From Gammaproteobacteria bacterium (GTDB taxonomy: Bacteria > Pseudomonadota > Gammaproteobacteria > SZUA-140): a stretch of DNA of 64,000 nucleotides. Made by a program: the position numbers and the translations under genes. The notes below the pieces were generated by a model. It did no database searches, was not told the DNA's origin, and saw only the letters and a list, made by a program, of their open reading frames with translations. The stretch covers positions 8,506-72,505 of the forward strand of contig JALSGV010000044.1 in the NCBI GenBank assembly GCA_026982565.1, written 5' to 3'. Positions 56,201 through 63,494 of this stretch are shown here, one piece after another (position 1 is the stretch's first letter; each line of letters starts with the position of its first letter).

Positions 56201-57386
56201 GGTTGACAAAAATGCCCTGCCCGAACCCCACGATATATCCCCTGAACATGAAGAGCAATACATTGCGCCGCGCAATAATACAGAGTCCATTCTGGAAGAA
56301 ATCTGGGCGGAAACCCTCGGCCTCGAAAAAGTGGGCGCAAAAGATAACTTTTTCAATCTTGGGGGCCATTCACTGCTCGGAGTCTCACTACTGAACAACG
56401 TCGAAAAGAACTTCGGGAAACGCCTTCCCATATCCTCACTTTTCAAGGCGCCTACCATCGAGGGCATGGCCCGCCTGCTGGATGCGGAAAGTGGAGCAAT
56501 GGCTGACACGACTTCCCCGGAAACCGGCAAACAGTGGGAAACGCTTGTCGCCATAAAGCCGGAAGGGAAGCGCACCCCCTTTTTCTGCGTTCACGGCAGG
56601 GCACATTCCCTCTCGCAGTACATGCACGAAGAACAACCTTTCTACTGGCTGCACCATGGGCAGGATGCCAAGCGCACAAAATATCTTTCCGTGGAAGCAA
56701 TAGCCGATATCCACCTGCGGGAGATCAGAACCGTCCAGCCAGCAGGGCCATATTACATAGGCGGTTTCTCATTCGGCGGCATGGTTGCTTTTGAGATGGC
56801 GCAGAAACTCATCAATGAAGGGGAGGAGATTGCCGTGCTGGCCCTTTTCGACCCGACTCTGGTCGGAAAATTTTCCCATGGGTCAGGGAATAAAAGCAAA
56901 TTACACGCGTTCTTGAGCCGCCTGAAAAAAGAACAGTCATCTACCGGAAAAATCCAACAGATCCTGGATATAACCCACTCCAGGGCGCGACGGCTCAGGC
57001 ACAACCTCTCGGAACAATCCAAATCCATCATCTGCAAGGCTTGCATGTCCCTGGACAGGCCGGTTCCGGCCCCGCTGGCGGTCTTCAACCTGATACGGAT
57101 GTTCAAACAAGCCGCCTCACAATATGAATACAAGCCCTATCCTGGGCCTGTCACCATGTTCGTCCCCGAAAGCTATCACAAACGGGAGAGGCTGCTTGAG
57201 AACCTGAAAGCAAGATGGTCTGATATCGCCCGGCAAGGCGTGGAATTCCGCTTCGTCAAGGGAGCAACGTCCCACCACAAAATGGTTGAGGAGCCTTTTG
57301 TCAGAGACCTGGTCGAGCAACTGGAGGATTGTCTCATGAGCGCATCGGGCGAACACGGCTTGAACCAGGAAAAGCGGCCCAAATGA
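53214..57386 (+). CDS. Single-module nonribosomal peptide synthetase: condensation (starter-type) - adenylation - thiolation - thioesterase
   Basis: 1390 aa. C domain: [22 protein letters not shown]. A domain: [80 protein letters not shown]. T domain: [14 protein letters not shown]. TE domain: [12 protein letters not shown]. Confidence 0.9.
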   Translation: [1390 protein letters not shown]

Positions 57387-57393
57387 CAAGCTC

Positions 57394-58113
57394 TTGCCAG
57401 TTCCCATGCCAGGAAAACCAGATACAAGCCAGGGACTGATATCGGCGGGGACAGGCGAAATTCATGTCTGGAGGGCGTCTCTGAATGCGGCCACTCCCCT
57501 CGCGCAGGAGTTCATCGCCATTCTTGACGACGAGGAACGGCGCAGGTCGGAGGGGTTCATCCATCATTCAGACAGGGCGGATTATATCGCGAGACGGGCA
57601 ATACTCCGCTTAGTCATCTCAAGATACACAGGCAATGAGCCGCGATCCCACCGCTTCCAGCGCGGCAAACACGGCAAACCGTTCCTCTGCAATCCGCAAA
57701 ACAGGGCGGGCATCCAATTCAACCTTTCTTTTTCAGGCCACCACCTGCTCATAGCAGTCACCGCAAGACAACCCGTGGGCGTGGACATTGAGCGCGCCCA
57801 GACACATATCGACCACCTGGATATTGCCAGGCTCTACTTCCCGGAAGAAGAGTACGAATATATACGTCAACAGCCCCCCCCACAGCAAACCGCGGCGTTC
57901 TATAGAATATGGACAATGAAAGAAGCCTATGTAAAAGCTCTTGGGCAAGGCATGTCATTGGACCTGAAGAAATTCACGGTTCTGAATGCAGACAGAAAAA
58001 ACACATGCCCGGAAATTCGGGAAATCCCCACGGAACAGGGTTATTACGCGGCAATCGCACTCATGGGTAAGATAACAAAGCTCTCCTTCATGGAACTCTC
58101 CCAAATCATGTGA
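57394..58113 (+). CDS. Sfp-type 4'-phosphopantetheinyl transferase
   Basis: 239 aa; GKP...FNLSFSGHHLL...VGVDIE...W..KEAYVKALG core motifs. Follows the NRPS by 8 bp. Confidence 0.8.
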   Translation: MPVPMPGKPDTSQGLISAGTGEIHVWRASLNAATPLAQEFIAILDDEERRRSEGFIHHSDRADYIARRAILRLVISRYTGNEPRSHRFQRGKHGKPFLCNPQNRAGIQFNLSFSGHHLLIAVTARQPVGVDIERAQTHIDHLDIARLYFPEEEYEYIRQQPPPQQTAAFYRIWTMKEAYVKALGQGMSLDLKKFTVLNADRKNTCPEIREIPTEQGYYAAIALMGKITKLSFMELSQIM

Positions 58114-58208
58114 ACGGTCAGCGATGAGGGCAGCGGCCCCTAAGAAGGCTGCAGGTACAGGATTTATGGACTCTTCAGCAGAATTTGCAGGTTGCCACCG
58201 TTCTAACT

Positions 58209-58236
58209 TCCTCTTCCTCCGGAGGGAGAGGGGACC
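58209..58236. repeat. REP-like element copy 4 (CCTCTTCCTCCGGAGGGAGAGGGGACCC) in the convergent gap between the PPTase and sulfotransferase genes
   Basis: Shares the CTCCCTCCGGAGGGAGA(A/G)GGGAC core with copy 3. Confidence 0.5.
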
Positions 58237-58276
58237 CTTTATTCATGGCCCATGAAAATCATGACGTTGCCCCCCC

Positions 58277-59059
58277 TTATTCAACAGAAGTTGATAATCT
58301 CCCGGCCTGTTCGAGCGCCTGCCTCAGCGCCTCGTAATTTCCGATGTAGTCTTCAGGCCCCTTTGTAGCCTGGCGTTTGATTTCCCCTTGCTCTTTTTCC
58401 ATGTCCGTTTTATCACAGTCCAGCAATTGAAGGCCTGCTTCCAGCGCGTTATCCTGATGGCGTAGAAAATCTTCATAATATACCCTGACATAAGGATTGG
58501 TTACCGACAGTGCGGCAAGCCGTGTATCCACCCAGTCTTTGGAGATAACACGCTTGATGGCCTCCCGGATGGAGATCCTGACTTTCAGGTCCTCGGGGTA
58601 AGCCTTTCCAACATAGCTGTTTGTCAGGCTTGCAAGATATTTGGAACACAACCAGGCAATATTATCACGGCGGACGATATGAATAACCGCAATGTCTTGC
58701 CTGCTTGAGATCCAGCCGAGGTGACGCGCAAACTGATCAACCCAGAGCGCGGGTGACAGCCTGGGTGAAAACAACCACTTGTTGGAAGCCCTGAACAAAC
58801 GCCGATACCCGATCCACGCGGGTTTTTTTCTCAGCAAGCCTTCGATATGCTGCCTCTCCCTGTCCGGCAGGCGGGAAAAATCCCCATTCAGGGCGCTCTC
58901 CGCCAAACCGGGCTTGTCAGAAAAATATTCTTTCTGGAACCATTCCCAGCCACATGCAATATCGGGGTGCATATTCATCAATTCGGCATATGCACTACTC
59001 CCGGTGCGTTGAGTGCCGACTATAATAAAGTGCTTCATAATATCGGGGAACTCAAGCAC
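58277..59059 (-). CDS. Sulfotransferase-family protein
   Basis: 260 aa; N-terminal P-loop-like PAPS 5'-phosphosulfate-binding motif IIVGTQRTGSS (compare xGxxRSGTT). Size typical of Stf0/Sulfotransfer_3 enzymes. Confidence 0.6.
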   Translation of the reverse strand: MLEFPDIMKHFIIVGTQRTGSSAYAELMNMHPDIACGWEWFQKEYFSDKPGLAESALNGDFSRLPDRERQHIEGLLRKKPAWIGYRRLFRASNKWLFSPRLSPALWVDQFARHLGWISSRQDIAVIHIVRRDNIAWLCSKYLASLTNSYVGKAYPEDLKVRISIREAIKRVISKDWVDTRLAALSVTNPYVRVYYEDFLRHQDNALEAGLQLLDCDKTDMEKEQGEIKRQATKGPEDYIGNYEALRQALEQAGRLSTSVE

Positions 59060-60215
59060 CCCGCCCCTCTATCACCGCCATCAACTGGTTCACATTGGAG
59101 AGATCATGCTCATTCAGGGCATGACGCCGCGCCGCTTCCCCCATTCCAACCCGCTGCCGCTCATTTTCCAAAAGCTGCGCCACACGACTCTTCATTTCCT
59201 CGAAAGTCTTGCCGCAGAACCCAATCTTCCCTTCTTCAAGGATCCCATCCGTATCAATACCCAGGCTTACAACGGGAACGCATCTCATCCATGCCTGAAT
59301 GAAAGTATTTGGAAACCCTTCCAAAAGGCTCGTATTCACAAAGATATGCGCAGCCGCCATCAGCCGGTTAACCTCATCCTGCGTCTTCTCGCCCAGATAT
59401 CTCAGATTGCCCAGTTGCTCAATCTCGCGGTGAAGATCACCGTATAGCCTGGCGTCACCCGCGCGCCCCGCCATCACAAACTCGACATCAGACATATGCC
59501 CAAGCTCCCTGGCAAGCCTTACGAACAACTCGGGCCGCTTCACGCGCTTGAAATTGGCCACCCAGAGCACCTTCAGTGGAAGCGGCTTCTCCAGCGACTC
59601 CAATGGCCTGGGATGAAAATTCCTTATAACCGCGTCCGCCTCCCTCCCGAAGTTTCTTTTCAAAAGTGTTTTCTGCCTGCGGGTCTGCGTGACGATAGCG
59701 CTGGCATGGCGAATACCATGGCTACCGATTTTCTTGTCAATAAACGGAACATTGTAACCTGGCAGTCTCCACAACTCAGGAACAGTCATCACATCAAGGT
59801 CTGAGGCAATGTGGAGCACCATTCTCGCCTTGTTTTTTCTTGCATAGTGGGCGGCTATGCCCGTATAGGCGGTAAATCCCCGCTGATAAATGATATCCGG
59901 CGAGATTCCGCCGAGCACTTTCATAAGGGCCGGATAGTCCGCCACGAACCCCATCCGCTTGAGGTAACGGCTGGCAGGCACCTTTACAATTTCATAACCG
60001 ACTGGCTCAAACCCAGGATCAATGTTCCTCGCCACATAATAAATCTCGTACTCGTCCCGCTTTACGAAGCTCTCCAGCAATATCCTTGCCTGATACTGTG
60101 CGCCACCGTGAACCGCCGAGAAATGCGACATCAAAAGGAAACATAATCTTTTCTTGCGTTTTTCCATATTCAGCGCTGTGGGCGTGTCAGATGGAAGTCT
60201 CACTTTCCACGGCAA
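59052..60215 (-). CDS. Glycosyltransferase family 4 (GT-B, RfaG-like)
   Basis: 387 aa; the C-terminal Glycos_transf_1 domain has FVNTSLLEGFPNTFIQAWMRCVPVVS (E-x7-E). Overlaps the neighbouring gene ends, indicating an operon. Confidence 0.75.
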   Translation of the reverse strand: MPWKVRLPSDTPTALNMEKRKKRLCFLLMSHFSAVHGGAQYQARILLESFVKRDEYEIYYVARNIDPGFEPVGYEIVKVPASRYLKRMGFVADYPALMKVLGGISPDIIYQRGFTAYTGIAAHYARKNKARMVLHIASDLDVMTVPELWRLPGYNVPFIDKKIGSHGIRHASAIVTQTRRQKTLLKRNFGREADAVIRNFHPRPLESLEKPLPLKVLWVANFKRVKRPELFVRLARELGHMSDVEFVMAGRAGDARLYGDLHREIEQLGNLRYLGEKTQDEVNRLMAAAHIFVNTSLLEGFPNTFIQAWMRCVPVVSLGIDTDGILEEGKIGFCGKTFEEMKSRVAQLLENERQRVGMGEAARRHALNEHDLSNVNQLMAVIEGRGA

Positions 60216-61474
60216 GCTTCCCGGTAACGATTCTCCACCAGGTCGGCAATTTTTTCATAGCTGCGCTGCCCGAGTACATATGCCCTTCCCCTTTCCCCCA
60301 TTTCCTCGGCCTCACCAGGGTTTTCCAGAAGCTCAACAACAGCCCTGGCAAAAGCCGCCTCATCATAGGCGACACAAACACCGCCCCGGCTTTCACGCAG
60401 GACCATTTCCTGCTCGGGGTGGTCATTAGCCACCACGGGCCGGCCCAGCGCCATATATTCAACCACCTTGGTTGGAGAAGTGGAATTCAGAATTGGCGTT
60501 GGATAGAAGGGCGACACACAGACTTTCGCGCCCCGCACGTATTTCAATGCATCCTTCTGCGGAAGAAACCCGGTAATCACCACCGCATCTTCCATGTTCA
60601 AGCGCCTGGCCTCATTCCTGATGACAGCCGTGTCTTCCGGGTCCTCTCCATCGCCAACCAGGTACAGCCTTGCCCCTGGCCGCGACTTAGTTACAAGCGC
60701 CATCACCCTGACCAGAAAATCAATCCTTCTTTCCCTGATGAGCGTACCCAGATATACGACTCTCTCCTCGGAGTCCTGCGTCACGCAGGCATCCTCCTCC
60801 CTTACCAGCCCGGAGATTTTCTTCATGCTGACGCCCATGGGAACCGCGGTCAGTTTGCTTTCTGCAATCCCTTCCCTGGCAACATCCCTCTTCATCTGTT
60901 CACTCTGCACGAAAACCTCATCGGCAAAGGGCATGATGACTTTATAGAGCAGAAACTTGAACATCATACCGCGAAAGCGGTAGAACACGGGATAGCGGGC
61001 CGAGCCTTCCTCAGCGGCATAGAGCGAGGCCTCAGGAAAAGGGTAGGACAACCAATAGAAGAAACGCGTGTCGTTCAGCTTTGCCGCCAGAATTCCAACC
61101 AGCGCCACGAGAAACTGGTCCTTGACCTGTATAAAATCATATTGATTCCCATGCGCCAGTTTCAACATCTTGAATGAATGAAAAAGATTATAAATGTGCT
61201 TTCTCAAACGGCAGAGCCGCGTCCCGCCATTATCGGTCCGCCCTACCCATACGCGGCCACCCTTCCATTGCGTACAATATGAACGCGCGCAGGTTTCCTC
61301 CGACTGCAGGATCCAGTCAATGCCGTGCCCCCTGGAAGCAAGCTCTTCACCAAACAGAACGGCAACATCCACCCGGAAAGGCGGAAACTTGTCCGCGGAG
61401 CAGAAAAGAAACTTCAGATTTCCCTTGTTTTCATTCATCGCAGCCAGATCTCCCGGATCGAAGGCCGGGTTCAT
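60200..61474 (-). CDS. Glycosyltransferase family 4 (GT-B)
   Basis: 424 aa; VCVSPFYPTPILNSTSPTKVVEYMALGRPVVANDH (E-x7-E-like region) and an N-terminal Glyco_trans_4-like domain. Confidence 0.75.
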   Translation of the reverse strand: MNPAFDPGDLAAMNENKGNLKFLFCSADKFPPFRVDVAVLFGEELASRGHGIDWILQSEETCARSYCTQWKGGRVWVGRTDNGGTRLCRLRKHIYNLFHSFKMLKLAHGNQYDFIQVKDQFLVALVGILAAKLNDTRFFYWLSYPFPEASLYAAEEGSARYPVFYRFRGMMFKFLLYKVIMPFADEVFVQSEQMKRDVAREGIAESKLTAVPMGVSMKKISGLVREEDACVTQDSEERVVYLGTLIRERRIDFLVRVMALVTKSRPGARLYLVGDGEDPEDTAVIRNEARRLNMEDAVVITGFLPQKDALKYVRGAKVCVSPFYPTPILNSTSPTKVVEYMALGRPVVANDHPEQEMVLRESRGGVCVAYDEAAFARAVVELLENPGEAEEMGERGRAYVLGQRSYEKIADLVENRYREACRGK

Positions 61475-62289
61475 GATTGGACCGGCAGAGCGGGAGAAAC
61501 AGACAACAAGGACCTGGCCTGCGTATAAACTGGCATACAGATATCGCTGACCATGTCATGCGCCCTCTGCGGCAACCGCTCCGCCTTTTTGATGCTTTTT
61601 TTATTGATCGGGCTGATATATTGCGACTTGAAAGGCAGGTCGATGAAATCATAGATCTGATCGAACAAGGCTGCGCTGTCAGAAACAAGCTCATCATAGT
61701 CGACAACCATGACGTCATCCCCAAGCTCCCTTTTAATTTCGAAAAGCTGCATGGTTTTCCCCTTGTAGGCCAGGCAGGCCCTGCGCGCCCGCCCGACCAT
61801 TATCAGACCAAGGCGTTCATAGCGTCTCTTTTCATCACCTTCGAGATACCCGGCGCCACAAGCCTCGAACAATTCATTGAGCGCGAAGCGGCTCCAGTTA
61901 TACAGCATGGAATGAATGACTGAATAGGGGTTTCTCAACACCCAGATCAGGCGAAATCCGCCCTTGTGCTGAAAATACTCATGAAAACACTCATTGAGAT
62001 AGGTTGTCTGGAAACAATAGCGGCCGGGGGCAATGGAAAACCCCTTTTTATTTCCAGAAAGAATAAGCGCCGCATCCAGCTCGTCGTCAGGGCCAGTCCA
62101 ATAGTCCACCATGCCTTCACTCTTGAAAATGATCCGGGCGAGCATGGTCGTTCCCGAACGCTGACAGCCGCTCACCAAAACGGCATTGGGAAAATCACCA
62201 AGATTTTTCAGGAGATGACACCCGCCAGACCTGACATGGCGCGCAAATTTCCGCCACGTACCTATTTCATGGCTCCCGTATCGCAACAT
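61471..62289 (-). CDS. Sulfotransferase-family protein
   Basis: 272 aa; VLVSGCQRSGTTMLARI matches the PAPS-binding 5'-PSB loop. First gene of a four-gene minus-strand operon (ST-GT-GT-ST). Confidence 0.7.
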   Translation of the reverse strand: MLRYGSHEIGTWRKFARHVRSGGCHLLKNLGDFPNAVLVSGCQRSGTTMLARIIFKSEGMVDYWTGPDDELDAALILSGNKKGFSIAPGRYCFQTTYLNECFHEYFQHKGGFRLIWVLRNPYSVIHSMLYNWSRFALNELFEACGAGYLEGDEKRRYERLGLIMVGRARRACLAYKGKTMQLFEIKRELGDDVMVVDYDELVSDSAALFDQIYDFIDLPFKSQYISPINKKSIKKAERLPQRAHDMVSDICMPVYTQARSLLSVSPALPVQS

Positions 62290-62354
62290 GATGGCCTCGT
62301 CCCGCTCGTTACCGCTTCTTATTCGTATTCTGGAAGTAACTGCTCATGCCCCGT

Positions 62355-62730
62355 TTACCCGTCATTCCGGCTCAATTTTCACCCTGCGAGCACAAATCCC
62401 GAGAGCACCGAGATCTCTGCAGCTACTTGATTCTTAAGGAAGGCCTGATTAATCCGACAATCGTCATTCCCGCGCAGGCGGGAATCCAGGAAAATCAAAT
62501 AACTGGATCCCGGCCTTCGCCGGGATGACGAATTAATCAGACCTTCCTTAATAAGATACAGTGCCGCATTATGGCCATTCCCGCGCGGACGGGAATCCGG
62601 GAAAATCTATGGGTTCTGGATTCCTGCATCCGCAGGAATGACAGAACTCGGTACTCTCAAGTACAAATGAGCCGGAACCCCTGTCGGAAAAGCCGCTGGT
62701 CTCCCGCTTACGCCATGCGGGAATGACGCA
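62355..62730. repeat. Cluster of dRS3-like palindromic repeats (ATTCCC-N8-GGGAAT and variants), including an about 120-bp MITE-like unit with 20-bp terminal inverted repeats (62437-62556)
   Basis: GTCATTCCCGCGCAGGCGGGAATCCAGGAAAATC (62462-62495); CCATTCCCGCGCGGACGGGAATCCGGGAAAATC (62575-62608); ATTCCTGCATCCGCAGGAATGAC (62620-62642); GCGGGAATGACG (62716-62729); CGTCATTCCGG (62359-62370); ATCCCGGCCTTCGCCGGGAT (62505-62524). TIR: TTAAGGAAGGCCTGATTAAT ... ATTAATCAGACCTTCCTTAA. Confidence 0.6.
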
Positions 62731-62791
62731 TAGCAACTATCCCGCCATCTGAGGTGTGAGTCAGTCACCTCTGAAAGACGCATATTGCCTG

Positions 62792-63046
62792 TTAGGGGCC
62801 AAGGCGCTCTCGCCAGTAAGCTGGTTTCCTAGAATGATGAGCAATAGCGATTACTACTGTTTCAAGTTTGCCTTCGGTGACAACCAGGTCATACGGAAAT
62901 CGCTTGTGTATCAGCCGCTTTACACCTATGGCGCCGGATTTACCCGGCATTGGAGAGAGTGGGAGTATTTCTTCTTCTATCAAGTCAATAGCAATTTCCA
63001 CAGCACCGGCAAATTCTTTTCCAGGACCTTCACAGTTCCTTGTCAT
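62792..63046 (-). CDS. RelE/ParE-family toxin (N-terminally short)
   Basis: 84 aa; GVKRLIHKRFPYDLVVTEGKLETVVIAIAHHSRKP matches the ParE/RelE C-terminal core (R.L....PYR.VY......V.I.R..H.R). An in-frame stop immediately upstream limits the N-terminus. Confidence 0.5.
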   Translation of the reverse strand: MTRNCEGPGKEFAGAVEIAIDLIEEEILPLSPMPGKSGAIGVKRLIHKRFPYDLVVTEGKLETVVIAIAHHSRKPAYWRERLGP

Positions 63047-63103
63047 ACCAGTCTGCCGCTGCTATCGCTTCTTCAGCGGCTTCCTGGAGTATCCTTGCCT
63101 TCC

Positions 63104-63346
63104 TCACTGCTGGTTCATGTATCGCGTTCGCATTTTCAGCCTAAATTCCTCCCGGTCAAGTAGTTTTGCCTGCCCTGAATCAATCAAAGAAATCCGGCGT
63201 AATATCTCATGGTCCCATGCATCCTCGACACCGCTCTCTCCAGGCTCATCCAAGCTGGCTATCAGGCCATGCGCTAACTCCGCACGTTCAGCCTCGGTGA
63301 GGTCCAGCACTTCGGTACGTATCCGCTCTAATGCTCCAGACGCCAT
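63104..63346 (-). CDS. Putative addiction-module antitoxin (TIGR02574/Unstab_antitox-like)
   Basis: 80 aa; LTEAERAELAHGLIASLDEPGE...VEDAWDHEILRRISLIDSGQAKLLDREEF fits the small helical antitoxins that pair with ParE/RelE toxins. Sits 57 bp upstream of the toxin. Confidence 0.55.
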   Translation of the reverse strand: MASGALERIRTEVLDLTEAERAELAHGLIASLDEPGESGVEDAWDHEILRRISLIDSGQAKLLDREEFRLKMRTRYMNQQ

Positions 63347-63494
63347 AAGCCTCCAATATTTAGTATGGCTATTGTAGCCCCATATAGACCCCCTAACAAG
63401 GCGGACAAGTATGTATGTGTGTAGTTGACAGAAGATGACTGAACCCCTAAATTATTTAGGTGTAGCGACAACAATTGTCAAATTTGTGGTGCTT

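Noticed and set aside
62355-62730. Possible CRISPR array
   Set aside because: The repeat units are individually palindromic with variable N8 cores. They are irregularly spaced (30-113 bp), partly inverted relative to each other, and not separated by uniform unique spacers. No cas genes are nearby.
62756-63163. 135-aa plus-strand ORF
   Set aside because: It overlaps, on the opposite strand, the ParE-like toxin and the antitoxin C-terminus, both of which have family-typical sequence. The plus-strand product has no motif.
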